From assembly GCA_020860755.1 (NCBI GenBank), contig JAJBTQ010000027.1, positions 7,489-71,488 of the forward strand: 64,000 bases of DNA. Reading direction: 5' to 3'. Shown piece by piece: positions 22,420 to 32,382 of the stretch (positions within the stretch are counted from its first letter, which is position 1; each line of letters opens with the position of its first letter). The position numbers were made by a program, and so were the translations under genes. The DNA is from Lachnospiraceae bacterium (GTDB lineage: Bacteria > Bacillota > Clostridia > Lachnospirales > Lachnospiraceae). The notes under the pieces were generated by a model. That model ran no database searches and was not told where the DNA came from. It worked only from the letters and a program-made list of their open reading frames with translations.

Positions 22420-23388
22420 ATGCAGAAAGTAAGCGTGGAACATTTTGCACAGGTTATGGAACTGACCTGCTATACACCGGATGTTGACATGGCAGACCGA
22501 TACATTTCGACGTCGGATGTCAACCGGCCGGGGCTGGAGCTGGTCGGATACATGGATTATTTTGCCAAAGAGCGGATCCAGGTCATCGGGAAAGTGGAAA
22601 CGGCCTATCTGGAGGAACTGCCGGAGGATACCCGGCGGGAAAGTTACAAACTGCTGATGGATCAGGGCATTCCCTGTGTTGTGCTCTGCCGCGGGTTCAA
22701 GCCGGACGAGGACGTGATCGAGCTGGCGCATCAGACTGGAGTGCCGATCTTCGGAACCGAGCTTGCGACGTCCAACTTTTTGTCTCAGGCGATCTATTAC
22801 CTGAGCGGGGAACTGGCACCCAGAGTTTCCATCCACGGTGTTCTGGTAGATGTATACGGCGAGGGCATCCTGCTGCTCGGAGAGAGCGGGATCGGAAAGA
22901 GTGAGGCGGCTTTAGAGCTGGTCAAGCGCGGCCATCGTCTCGTCACCGATGATGTGGTGGAGATTCACAAGATGGGCAACGGCTCTTTGATGGGAAGTTC
23001 TCCCGAGATCACACAGTACTTTATTGAATTGCGCGGCATCGGCGTCATCGATGTCAAGACGCTGTTCGGTGTGGAAGCGGTAAAAGAAAGGCAGACCATT
23101 GATCTGGTCATCAAGCTGGAGGCCTGGAAGAAGGACGGGGTATACAATCGTCTCGGCCTGGAGGAGGAGTACACGGAGATCCTGGGGACCAGGATCGTCT
23201 GCCATTCCATTCCGATCCGCCCGGGCCGGAACCTGGCGGTGATCTGTGAGGCGGCAGCTGTCAACCACAGGCAGAAGAAGATGGGATACAATGCGGCAGA
23301 GGCGCTGTATAAGCGTGTGCAAAAGAACCTGAAAGAAGACGACGAAATTCCGGAAGATACCGCAGATATGGAAAACCCGGAAGAGTAA
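22420..23388 (+). CDS. hprK: HPr(Ser) kinase/phosphorylase
   Basis: NRPGLEL, HGVLVDVYG, GESGIGKSE, LVTDD, ELRGIG, PGRNLA. Confidence 0.96.
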   Translation: MQKVSVEHFAQVMELTCYTPDVDMADRYISTSDVNRPGLELVGYMDYFAKERIQVIGKVETAYLEELPEDTRRESYKLLMDQGIPCVVLCRGFKPDEDVIELAHQTGVPIFGTELATSNFLSQAIYYLSGELAPRVSIHGVLVDVYGEGILLLGESGIGKSEAALELVKRGHRLVTDDVVEIHKMGNGSLMGSSPEITQYFIELRGIGVIDVKTLFGVEAVKERQTIDLVIKLEAWKKDGVYNRLGLEEEYTEILGTRIVCHSIPIRPGRNLAVICEAAAVNHRQKKMGYNAAEALYKRVQKNLKEDDEIPEDTADMENPEE

Positions 23389-23452
23389 GCAAAGCGGACA
23401 CTCTGACATAGGGGTCCGGATACAAAAAGATTGATACAGGGGGGAAAACAGG

Positions 23453-24859
23453 ATGGAACGAAAGATCGCATGGGAAAAATACGGAGAAAACGAGCGGCAG
23501 CAGGTGTTCGCTTTTGCGGAGGAATACCGCAGGTTTCTCTCCTCCTGCAAGACTGAGCGGGAGTGTGTGGCAGTATTTAAGGAAAAGGCCGCTGCAGCGG
23601 GCTTTTTCGATCTGGCAGAGGTGACGGCCAAAGGCACCGCCTTAAAACCGGGAGACAAGGTCTATGTCGACAACATGGGCAAGAATATGGCACTCTATGT
23701 GATCGGGAGCGAGCCGTTTGAATCCGGGATGAACATCCTGGGCGCACACATCGACTCTCCCCGGCTGGACATAAAGCAGAATCCGCTGTATGAGGATACG
23801 GGGCTGGCCCTTTTGGACACCCACTACTACGGCGGCTTAAAAAAATATCAGTGGGTGACGATTCCGCTGGCTCTCCACGGTGTAGTCGTAAAAAAAGACG
23901 GCACGGTGGTCGAGATCAACATCGGTGAGAAGCCGGACGATCCGGTCTTTGGCGTGAGTGATCTGCTGATCCATCTCGCCGGCGAACAGATGAGTAAATC
24001 CGCTGCGAAAGCAGTAGAGGGCGAGGATTTAAACATTCTGGTCGGGAGCATGCCGCTTCCTGCGTCCGGGACGGAGGACAATCAAAAAAAAGAGAAAAAG
24101 AAAAAAGTGGTCGAGAACATTTTACAGGTCTTAAACGAGCGGTACGGCATCGAGGAGGAGGATTTCCTCTCCGCTGAGATTGAGGCGGTCCCTGCCGGTG
24201 AAGTGCGTGATTACGGTCTGGACGGCAGCATGCTCATGGGATACGGACACGACGACCGTGTCTGTGCCTATCCGTCATTTACCGCGATCCTTGAGACGGA
24301 TGCCCCCAAGCGGACAAGCGTCTGCCTGCTCGTGGACAAAGAAGAGATCGGAAGCGTCGGCGCAACCGGCATGCAGTCCCGGTTCTTTGAAAACGCGACA
24401 GCCGAAGTCATGCAGGCCTGCGGTCAGTACGATGAACTTCGTCTGCGCCGCGCGCTGCAGCATTCCAGAGCGTTATCTTCCGATGTCAGCGCTGCTTTCG
24501 ACCCGAATTATCCGTCAGTCATGGAAAAGAAGAATGCGGCATATTTCGGGAAAGGACTGGTGTTCAACAAGTTTACCGGTTCCCGCGGGAAATCAGGATC
24601 AAACGATGCGAATGCCGAGTATGTCGCGCATGTGCGGGATGTGATGGACGGGGCCGGCGTATATTTCCAGACGGCTGAGCTCGGCAGGGTGGATGCCGGC
24701 GGCGGCGGGACCATCGCGTATATTCTCGGGAACTACAATATGCAGGTCATCGACAGCGGGGTGGCTGTGCTTAATATGCACGCGCCGTGGGAGATCATAA
24801 GCAAGGCGGATCTCTACGAGGCGCGGTGCGGGTACCTTGCATTTCTCAAGGATGCCTAA
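23453..24859 (+). CDS. M18 family aminopeptidase
   Basis: GAHIDSP, HYYGG, GHDDR, DKEEIGS, SSDV, MHAPWE. Confidence 0.92.
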   Translation: MERKIAWEKYGENERQQVFAFAEEYRRFLSSCKTERECVAVFKEKAAAAGFFDLAEVTAKGTALKPGDKVYVDNMGKNMALYVIGSEPFESGMNILGAHIDSPRLDIKQNPLYEDTGLALLDTHYYGGLKKYQWVTIPLALHGVVVKKDGTVVEINIGEKPDDPVFGVSDLLIHLAGEQMSKSAAKAVEGEDLNILVGSMPLPASGTEDNQKKEKKKKVVENILQVLNERYGIEEEDFLSAEIEAVPAGEVRDYGLDGSMLMGYGHDDRVCAYPSFTAILETDAPKRTSVCLLVDKEEIGSVGATGMQSRFFENATAEVMQACGQYDELRLRRALQHSRALSSDVSAAFDPNYPSVMEKKNAAYFGKGLVFNKFTGSRGKSGSNDANAEYVAHVRDVMDGAGVYFQTAELGRVDAGGGGTIAYILGNYNMQVIDSGVAVLNMHAPWEIISKADLYEARCGYLAFLKDA

Positions 24860-24871
24860 GGGACAGAGTCT

Positions 24872-25786
24872 ATGAACAACGCGGATAAGATATACCAGGA
24901 TTTATGTGGTCTCGCAGGATCAGAAAATATATTGCGCGACGAGCCGATGAGCAGGCATACGAGTTTTCGGATCGGGGGTCCGGCGGATCTTTTTGTCATG
25001 CCGGACAGTAGAAGCCTGCCTGCAGTGGTGGACTACTGCCGGACGAACGAGGTGCCGTGCCTTGTGATCGGCAACGGCAGCAATCTGCTGTGCGGTGATC
25101 GCGGTGTGGAGGGCGCTGTCGTTGAGATCGGAAAGAGGATGTCGGCCATCGAGGTGGATGACACTTATGTGATCGCCCAGGCGGGAGCCCTGCTCTCAGC
25201 GATCGCGACAGCGGCGGCCCAGGAAGGACTGACCGGATTTGAGTTCGCGGCGGGGATTCCCGGGAGTATCGGGGGTGCGGCCGTGATGAATGCAGGTGCC
25301 TACGACGGCGAGATGAAGGATATCCTGACCGACATTACGGTCCTTATGCCGGACGGAAAGGTCCGGACGCTTCCGGCAGAGGAACTGGATCTCTCCTACA
25401 GGCACAGCATTATCCCCGGGAAGGGCTGGATCGTCCTCTCGGTTACGATCTGTCTTAAGCATGGCAGAAAAGAGAATATCAATGCCCGGATGGAGGAGCT
25501 TAAAGAGCTGCGGACTTCAAAGCAGCCGTTGGAATATCCCAGCGCCGGGAGCACGTTCAAACGGCCGGAGGGATTCTTTGCCGGCAAGCTCATCGATGAT
25601 GCCGGACTGCGCGGATCTGCCTGCGGGGGTGCCCAGGTTTCTGAGAAGCACTGCGGTTTTATCATTAACCGCGGCAATGCGACGGCTGCAGACGTGCGAA
25701 ATCTGATGGAACAGGTGCAGGCGGATGTGAAGGAGCAGTTCGGGGTAGAGCTGGAACCAGAGGTGAAGTTTGTGGGTCGTTTTTGA
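24872..25786 (+). CDS. murB: UDP-N-acetylenolpyruvoylglucosamine reductase
   Basis: HTSFRIGG, GNGSNLL, GIPGSIGG, MNAGAY, YRHS, PSAGSTFKRP, LEPEV. Confidence 0.97.
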   Translation: MNNADKIYQDLCGLAGSENILRDEPMSRHTSFRIGGPADLFVMPDSRSLPAVVDYCRTNEVPCLVIGNGSNLLCGDRGVEGAVVEIGKRMSAIEVDDTYVIAQAGALLSAIATAAAQEGLTGFEFAAGIPGSIGGAAVMNAGAYDGEMKDILTDITVLMPDGKVRTLPAEELDLSYRHSIIPGKGWIVLSVTICLKHGRKENINARMEELKELRTSKQPLEYPSAGSTFKRPEGFFAGKLIDDAGLRGSACGGAQVSEKHCGFIINRGNATAADVRNLMEQVQADVKEQFGVELEPEVKFVGRF

Positions 25787-25805
25787 CCCGGGAGGATAAG
25801 AGGTC

Positions 25806-26753
25806 ATGTCATTTTCCGGAGATGTAAAAAATGAGCTCGCGCGTCTGCTTCCGGACGAATATCACTGTCTGCTGGCGGAGATCGCTGCCATCCTTCGTTT
25901 CGCAGGAACGGTGGAGGGAGGCCCGCAGCAGGGCATTATTCTGGTCGAGACAGAGAATGTGGTGCTTGCGAAAAAATATCTGCGTCTGATAAAAAAGGCC
26001 TTTGACATATCGGTGGACTTAACGATTCACAAGGGCGCTTCCGGGAAGACGAACGTCTATCGGATCCTGCTGACATCCGAGGAAAATGGCGGCGAACCGA
26101 CGGGGGAGAGCTTTGAACGCGTCTGGCGGGAGACTGCCAACTGGGAGGATCCGGAATTTGCAAAGAGCCTGCTCGAGTATTCCTGCTGCCGGCGTGCCTT
26201 TATCCGGGGTGCTTTTTTGGCATCCGGCTCTATGAGTGACCCGGGAAAATCCTACCACTTTGAGATCATCTGCCATACGCGTAAGGACGCGGATGAACTG
26301 GCCCGTTTGATCGAGACGTTCGGGATCGAACCAAAGCAGATCGAGCGCAAGCATAAATTTCTCGTTTACTTAAAAGACAGCGGGGATATCGTAGACATCC
26401 TGAATGTGATGGGTGCCTCCCGCGCGTTGATGCATCTTGAAAATGTGCGGATCATCAAGGAGATGAAAAACAGCGCCAACCGGCAGTTCAACTGTGATTC
26501 CGCCAACATCAACAAAACAGTGCGCGCAGCGGCCAGACAGCTCGAGGACATTCGGCTGATCCAGACGGAGATGGGCCTTGATAAGCTGACGCCGCAGCTT
26601 CGGGAGATGGCCGAGGTGAGACTGGAGCACCCGGAGGAGTCTCTTCAGGAGCTCGGGGATTATCTTGATCCGCCGGTCGGAAAGTCGGGGGTCAACCACA
26701 GACTGACCAGACTGGGTGAGATCGCACAGAGCCTGCGTCAGGCGGAAGCGTAG
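25806..26753 (+). CDS. whiA: DNA-binding protein WhiA
   Basis: MSFSGDVKNEL, RGAFLASGS, YHFEI, NCDSAN, KSGVNHRL. Confidence 0.95.
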   Translation: MSFSGDVKNELARLLPDEYHCLLAEIAAILRFAGTVEGGPQQGIILVETENVVLAKKYLRLIKKAFDISVDLTIHKGASGKTNVYRILLTSEENGGEPTGESFERVWRETANWEDPEFAKSLLEYSCCRRAFIRGAFLASGSMSDPGKSYHFEIICHTRKDADELARLIETFGIEPKQIERKHKFLVYLKDSGDIVDILNVMGASRALMHLENVRIIKEMKNSANRQFNCDSANINKTVRAAARQLEDIRLIQTEMGLDKLTPQLREMAEVRLEHPEESLQELGDYLDPPVGKSGVNHRLTRLGEIAQSLRQAEA

Positions 26754-26820
26754 CGTTTTTAAGTTAGCTTAAGGTACGGCAGTGCAGCGATACACTGCAC
26801 GGTAGATGCCGGGAGGTTTT

Positions 26821-27726
26821 ATGGATCAGAAAAAACTTTTATTTTTGTTTAATCCACATGCTGGGCGCGGAATGATACAACTTCGTCTCACCGAGGTCCT
26901 GGACATCTTTGTCAAGGCCGGATACGAGGTGACCGTCTATCCGACACAGGAGAGAGGAGACGCGACCCAAAAGATCCCGCTTATGGCGGGACGTTTTGAC
27001 CGGCTCGTCTGCTGCGGCGGAGACGGCACGCTAAACGAGGTGGTGGCCGGAATGCTGCAGAGTGAAGTGCGCATACCGGTCGGCTACATTCCGGCCGGCT
27101 CAACCAACGATTTTGCCCAGTCGCTCGGCATCTCTTCCGAGATGGATGAGGCGGCAGCCGACGCGGTAAACGGCAGGCTGTTTGACTGCGATGTGGGAGA
27201 GTTTAACGGCAAACCGTTTGCCTACATTGCCGCATTTGGCGTGTTTACGGAGGTCTCCTATCAGACCGACCAGCGCCTAAAGACCGTACTCGGCCATGCA
27301 GCATATCTGGTCAACACGCCCAAGAGCCTTAAGGATATGCCGTCCTACCGGATGGAGGTGGAGGTGAACGGAGAGACGATCTATGGTGATTTTGTCTATG
27401 GAATGATCTCGAATGCGACCTCCGTCGCCGGAATGAAAAATCTGACCGGCGGCACAGTGGCTTTAGATGACGGACTCTTCGAGGTGACGCTTGTCAAAAC
27501 GCCGCAGAATCCATATATGCTCGGGGATATCCTGACCAACCTGCTCTCTTCGAATGACAGCGATACGCCGTACATATATTCCTGCAAGACCGACCACATC
27601 GAAGTATACTGCGACGAGGAGGTACCGTGGACCTTAGACGGTGAATTCGGCGACAATCACAGCTATGTCAAGATCCAAAACCTGCATCACGCGATCACAT
27701 TTGTTGTGCCGGAAGTGAGTTCGTGA
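26821..27726 (+). CDS. Diacylglycerol/lipid kinase family (YegS/BmrU)
   Basis: NPHAG, GGDGTLNE, IPAGSTNDFA, LDGE. Confidence 0.92.
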   Translation: MDQKKLLFLFNPHAGRGMIQLRLTEVLDIFVKAGYEVTVYPTQERGDATQKIPLMAGRFDRLVCCGGDGTLNEVVAGMLQSEVRIPVGYIPAGSTNDFAQSLGISSEMDEAAADAVNGRLFDCDVGEFNGKPFAYIAAFGVFTEVSYQTDQRLKTVLGHAAYLVNTPKSLKDMPSYRMEVEVNGETIYGDFVYGMISNATSVAGMKNLTGGTVALDDGLFEVTLVKTPQNPYMLGDILTNLLSSNDSDTPYIYSCKTDHIEVYCDEEVPWTLDGEFGDNHSYVKIQNLHHAITFVVPEVSS

Positions 27727-27824
27727 GATATCACAAATTTCTTTTTAAATAACCCCTTTTGTTGTGGAAAAGGGAAAATTTTTGCAACAAGCCTTGCATT
27801 TTATAAAATTTTGTTTTATCTTTA

Positions 27825-27881
27825 TACTATACACAGTAGATTACGAACAAGGGCGTTCCATTTCTTGGGATGCCCTTTTTT
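27825..27881 (+). promoter_or_regulatory. Leader terminator with ANTAR-like hexaloop hairpin upstream of glnA
   Basis: GAAC-AAGGGC-GTTC hairpin (loop A1/G4) overlaps the 5' arm of terminator AAGGGCGTTCCA-TTTCT-TGGGATGCCCTT-TTTT; promoter TTGCAT-N17-TATCTT at 27794-27822. Confidence 0.6.
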
Positions 27882-27948
27882 GTAATTTAATGTGCAGGAA
27901 GCTTATTTAAGGGGATTGTTTTTCGAGAGAAAGAGAGGGAAGTTACAG

Positions 27949-30063
27949 ATGAGTGATAGTTTCAATATTTCAGAGATTTTTGGCGAGTACGTTTTTAATG
28001 ATTCCGCCATGCGGGAACGCCTTCCCAAAAAGGCGTACGAAAAGCTCATGGAGGCCATGAAAGAGGGCGCCGAGCTCGATCCCGCGACGGCTGATATCAT
28101 AGCCCACGAGATGAAAGAATGGGCGATCGATCAGGGCGCGACCCACTACACACACTGGTTTCAACCGCTGACCGGATTCACGGCAGAGAAGCACGACTCC
28201 TTTATCACCGCCCCGGATGAACGGGGACAGGTGCTCATGAGCTTTTCCGGCAAAGAGCTGATCAAGGGAGAGCCGGATGCATCTTCTTTCCCCTCCGGCG
28301 GCCTTCGGGCAACCTGTGAGGCGAGAGGCTATACCGCTTGGGATTGCACGTCCTACGCGTTCGTGAGGCACGATGCGGCGGGGGCGACGCTCTGCATCCC
28401 GACGGCGTTCTGCTCCTACACGGGCGAGGCGCTCGATCAGAAGACCCCGCTCCTTCGCTCCATGCAGGCGGTCAATGAACAGTCCTTAAGACTGCTCCGC
28501 ATGTTCGGCAACACGACATCGAAACAGGTCATTCCTTCTGTCGGACCGGAACAGGAGTATTTTCTGGTCGACCGCGAAAAGTATTTAAAGAGAAAAGATC
28601 TGATCTATACCGGACGCACGCTGTTCGGTTCCATGCCGGCGAAGGGTCAGGAGATGGACGACCACTATTTCGGCGCCATCCGTCCCCGGATTGCGGCATT
28701 TATGAAAGATGTCAACGAGGAGCTCTGGAAGATGGGCGTCCCGGCAAAGACTCAGCACAACGAGGTGGCACCGGCGCAGCACGAACTGGCACCGATCTAC
28801 GAGACCTGCAACCTGGCTGTCGACCACAACCACATTGTGATGGAGGTCTTAAAGAAAAAGGCAAACGAACACGGACTGCAGTGCCTGCTCCATGAGAAAC
28901 CGTTTGTGGGAATCAACGGTTCCGGCAAGCACAATAACTGGTCTATCACGACGGACGACGGCATCAATCTGCTCGATCCGGGCAAGACACCGCATGACAA
29001 CCTGCAGTTCCTGCTCGTCTTAACCTGCATTTTAAAGGCGGTCGACCGCCATGCCGACATCCTGCGCGAATCCGCATCCGATGTCGGAAATGATCACAGA
29101 CTCGGCGCGAATGAGGCACCGCCTGCCATCATTTCCATCTATCTCGGAAAACAGTTGGACGATGTGCTTGAACAGCTGACCAGTGCAGGTGTGGCGACCC
29201 ACTCCATCGAGGGTGAGATACTTGAGACCGGTGTGGATATTCTGCCAGACTTTATGAAAGACGCGACCGACCGGAACCGTACTTCGCCGTTTGCTTTTAC
29301 CGGCAACAAGTTCGAGTTCCGCATGATCGGTTCTCAGGATTCTATCTCCATGGCAAACGTGGTCTTAAACACCATCGTAGCCGAGGCATTCAAGGAAGCC
29401 TGCGACGAGTTGGAGGCTGCGGATGATTTTGAGAGCACGCTGCACGATCTGATCAAGCGGCAGGCCAAAGATCATAAGCGTATTGTATTTAACGGCGACG
29501 GATACGGTGAGGGCTGGATCGAGGAGGCCCAAAAGAGAGGTCTCCCGAACATCCCGTCCATGGTAGAGGCCATCGGGTCCCTCACCACAGACAAGGCTGT
29601 CAACCTGTTTGAGACATTTGGCGTCTTTACGAAGCCGGAGCTGGAGTCCCGTGCGGAGATCCTGTATGAGACCTATGCGAAGACGATCAACATTGAAGCG
29701 AGAGCTATGATCAACATTGCCAACAAGACACTGATCCCTGCGATCATCAAGTATGTCACCCATCTTGCGGATTCCGTAAATTCTGCAAAAGCGGCCGGCG
29801 CCTGCGACATCAGCGTGCAGACAGGCATGCTGGATGATTGTTCCACTCTCTTAGTTGAGGCGAAGGAAGCTCTCACCAAGCTGGAGCAGGTGACAGATGC
29901 GGGCCTTGCCATGGAGGAAGGAAAGGAACAGGCCGAGTATTATCGGGATGAGGTCAGGGAAGCCATGGCAGCACTTCGCACACCGATCGACAAGCTGGAG
30001 ATCCTTGTAGATAAGGATATGTGGCCGTTCCCGTCTTACGGCGATCTGATCTACGAAGTATAA
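27949..30063 (+). CDS. glnA: Glutamine synthetase type III
   Basis: HYTHWFQPLTG, GEPDASSFPSGG, EQEYFL, HNEVAP, NGSGKH, RLGANEAPP, DRNRTSPFAF. Confidence 0.96.
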   Translation: MSDSFNISEIFGEYVFNDSAMRERLPKKAYEKLMEAMKEGAELDPATADIIAHEMKEWAIDQGATHYTHWFQPLTGFTAEKHDSFITAPDERGQVLMSFSGKELIKGEPDASSFPSGGLRATCEARGYTAWDCTSYAFVRHDAAGATLCIPTAFCSYTGEALDQKTPLLRSMQAVNEQSLRLLRMFGNTTSKQVIPSVGPEQEYFLVDREKYLKRKDLIYTGRTLFGSMPAKGQEMDDHYFGAIRPRIAAFMKDVNEELWKMGVPAKTQHNEVAPAQHELAPIYETCNLAVDHNHIVMEVLKKKANEHGLQCLLHEKPFVGINGSGKHNNWSITTDDGINLLDPGKTPHDNLQFLLVLTCILKAVDRHADILRESASDVGNDHRLGANEAPPAIISIYLGKQLDDVLEQLTSAGVATHSIEGEILETGVDILPDFMKDATDRNRTSPFAFTGNKFEFRMIGSQDSISMANVVLNTIVAEAFKEACDELEAADDFESTLHDLIKRQAKDHKRIVFNGDGYGEGWIEEAQKRGLPNIPSMVEAIGSLTTDKAVNLFETFGVFTKPELESRAEILYETYAKTINIEARAMINIANKTLIPAIIKYVTHLADSVNSAKAAGACDISVQTGMLDDCSTLLVEAKEALTKLEQVTDAGLAMEEGKEQAEYYRDEVREAMAALRTPIDKLEILVDKDMWPFPSYGDLIYEV

Positions 30064-30106
30064 CATTGTTACTATCTAATCCCCTTAGTTAGTAAATACA
30101 TTAATC

Positions 30107-30145
30107 AGAGAGAGACCGGGGTGTTTTCACCGCGGTTTCTCTCTT
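30107..30145 (+). terminator. Terminator after glnA
   Basis: AGAGAGAGACCG...CGGTTTCTCTCT long stem. Confidence 0.65.
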
Positions 30146-30226
30146 ATGTAAAATTGACTTTTTTATAGTAGAGTGCTATATTTTTACTAAAAGAAAATGG
30201 CATAATCAGAAAGGAGATTTGTTTGT

Positions 30227-30922
30227 ATGGACAGAATTAAAAAATACGTTGCCGAGATCATCGGCACCTTTGTCCTGGTCACATTCGGCTGCGGTACCGC
30301 TGTTGCGGTAGGCTGCAACGCGGAGTCCGGCAGTGGTTATCTGATCACCGCCTTCGCGTTCGGTCTCGTGATCGTAGCCATGGCATACAGCATCGGGAAT
30401 GTTTCCGGATGCCACATCAATCCGGCCGTTTCGCTTGCCATGTTCATCCGGAGGCAGATCGATGGTATGGATTGTATCTGTTACATGATCGCCCAATGTA
30501 TCGGATCGCTGGGTGGCTGTCTGGTCCTTCTTTGTGCATTCGGAAAGGACTGCGGGTTTGGCGCAAACCAGGTTCAGGATACCTGGACAAACGGCGGACC
30601 GGGCAAAGCGTTTATTGTTGAGATCATCCTGACCTTCGTATTTGTCATTGCGGTCATCGGTGTGACCAGCAAAGTTCAAAACGGCGCGATAGCCGGCGTG
30701 GTCATCGGTCTCACCCTGACACTGGTACACATCTTTGGCATCGCCCTTACCGGCACATCCGTCAACCCGGCCAGGAGCCTTATGCCTGCCCTGTTTGCGC
30801 GCGGAGCTGCGCTGCATCAGTTATGGATCTTTATCGTAGGGCCTCTCATCGGAGGAGCTTTGGCCGCGATCGTCTATTCATATCTGGAGATACCGGAGAA
30901 AAAGGCTGCTAAAGCAAAATAA
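30227..30922 (+). CDS. MIP family channel (aquaporin Z-like)
   Basis: SGCHINPA and TSVNPAR (two NPA motifs); 6 TM. Confidence 0.93.
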   Translation: MDRIKKYVAEIIGTFVLVTFGCGTAVAVGCNAESGSGYLITAFAFGLVIVAMAYSIGNVSGCHINPAVSLAMFIRRQIDGMDCICYMIAQCIGSLGGCLVLLCAFGKDCGFGANQVQDTWTNGGPGKAFIVEIILTFVFVIAVIGVTSKVQNGAIAGVVIGLTLTLVHIFGIALTGTSVNPARSLMPALFARGAALHQLWIFIVGPLIGGALAAIVYSYLEIPEKKAAKAK

Positions 30923-30947
30923 AACGGAACAAGAAAATGTTTTTACG

Positions 30948-30974
30948 GGGCCGTGCCTGCACGGCCCTCATTTT
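30948..30974 (+). terminator. Hairpin/terminator after aquaporin
   Basis: GGGCCGTGC-CT-GCACGGCCC then TCATTTT. Confidence 0.55.
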
Positions 30975-31007
30975 ACGAATAAGGGCATGCCCGATGGAGG
31001 GAAAATT

Positions 31008-31397
31008 ATGTTAATAGTGGGTATCAAAGGAGAACAGAGTGAAAAGGTAGTCCATGAAAACACTGCCACAGCGGTGGGCAGCGGAGTGCTTGAGGTGTAT
31101 GGAACGCCCTGTATGCTGGCATTGATGGAAAAGACAGCCTGCGAGAGCATTGAACCCTATCTGGAAGAGGGGTGGGGCTCCGTGGGGACCCAGGTTAACA
31201 TCAAGCATCTTGCCGCAACACCCATCGGCATGACGGTGCGCTGTGAGAGCGAGCTCAAAGTGGTGGACGGCCGCCGGCTCCTCTTTGACGTAAAGGCGTA
31301 CGACGATAAAGGCCTGATCGGTGAGGGTACGCACGAGCGGTTTACCGTCAACAACGAGAAGTTCCAGGAAAAGGCAAATGCGAGGGGCGAGAACTAG
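31008..31397 (+). CDS. Hot-dog thioesterase (FlK-like)
   Basis: VYGTPCMLALME, SVGT, HLAATP, GEGTHER (T/E/H triad). Confidence 0.88.
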   Translation: MLIVGIKGEQSEKVVHENTATAVGSGVLEVYGTPCMLALMEKTACESIEPYLEEGWGSVGTQVNIKHLAATPIGMTVRCESELKVVDGRRLLFDVKAYDDKGLIGEGTHERFTVNNEKFQEKANARGEN

Positions 31398-31410
31398 GCA
31401 GAAAATGTCA

Positions 31411-31467
31411 TTGACATATTCCGGGATTGTATTTAAAATAGTACAATAACGTGTATACAAAATACAC
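31411..31467 (+). promoter_or_regulatory. ispE-GntR-murI promoter with GntR-type operator
   Basis: TTGACA-N17-TAAAAT (31411-31439) followed by TGTATACA palindrome (31452-31459). Confidence 0.65.
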
Positions 31468-31494
31468 ACTCAAGTGTTTTAGATGAGGGAATGC

Positions 31495-32367
31495 ATGGAT
31501 ACGATCAGTTTAAAGGCATTGGCGAAAATCAATCTGGGTCTGGATGTGCTGGGTCAGCGGGAGGACGGGTACCATGAAGTGCGCATGGTCATGCAATCCA
31601 TCCACCTGTATGACCGCGTGGAGATGAAGCGGACAAAGTCTCCTAAGATTCACGTTGAGACGAACCTGTACTATCTGCCGTCGGATGAGAACAATCTCGT
31701 CTACCGGGCGGCACAGCTTATGAAGGACGAGTTTCAGATCCGGGGAGGGGTTCGCATTACGCTGCAGAAGTTTATCCCTGTCTCTGCCGGCTTGGCCGGC
31801 GGGAGTTCGGATGCCGCAGCTGTCATGGTAGGCATGAACCGGCTTTTTAACCTCGGCGTCAAGCAGAACAAGCTGATCGAACTGGGTCTAAAGCTCGGCG
31901 CGGATGTACCGTTTTGCGTTATGCGGGGTACTGCACTTGCCGAGGGGATCGGCGAGAAGCTGACTGCCCTGCCGCCTATGCCGAAATGCCCGATCCTGAT
32001 CGCAAAGCCCGCCGTCTCCATATCTACGAGGCATGTCTATGAGCAGCTTAAGCTGACTCCGGAGACAGAGCATCCGGACATCGACGGCATCATGGAGCAG
32101 ATCAAACAAAAGAATCTCCACGGTGTAGCGGAACGTATGGGCAATATCTTAGAGACTGTGTCGATTCCGGAGTACCCGGTCATCAGCGACATCAAGAACC
32201 TGATGAAGGAAAACGGTGCCCTTGGCACCATGATGAGCGGAAGCGGCCCCACAGTATTCGGTCTGTATCAGAATGAGAAGGAAATCCGAGGCGCCTACGA
32301 TGCAATGAAAGCATCCGGGCTCGCAAAGAATGTATATACCTCAGAGATCCATAACAATCGCCGATAG
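31495..32367 (+). CDS. ispE: 4-diphosphocytidyl-2-C-methyl-D-erythritol kinase
   Basis: AKINLGLD, DGYHE, IPVSAGLAGGSSDAA, GADVPF, MSGSGPT. Confidence 0.96.
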   Translation: MDTISLKALAKINLGLDVLGQREDGYHEVRMVMQSIHLYDRVEMKRTKSPKIHVETNLYYLPSDENNLVYRAAQLMKDEFQIRGGVRITLQKFIPVSAGLAGGSSDAAAVMVGMNRLFNLGVKQNKLIELGLKLGADVPFCVMRGTALAEGIGEKLTALPPMPKCPILIAKPAVSISTRHVYEQLKLTPETEHPDIDGIMEQIKQKNLHGVAERMGNILETVSIPEYPVISDIKNLMKENGALGTMMSGSGPTVFGLYQNEKEIRGAYDAMKASGLAKNVYTSEIHNNRR

Positions 32368-32382
32368 AGAGGGGAACAGGAT

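Noticed and set aside
30923-31007. Fluoride riboswitch before the FlK-like thioesterase
   Set aside because: GATGG is present but the pseudoknot and downstream conserved segments are absent
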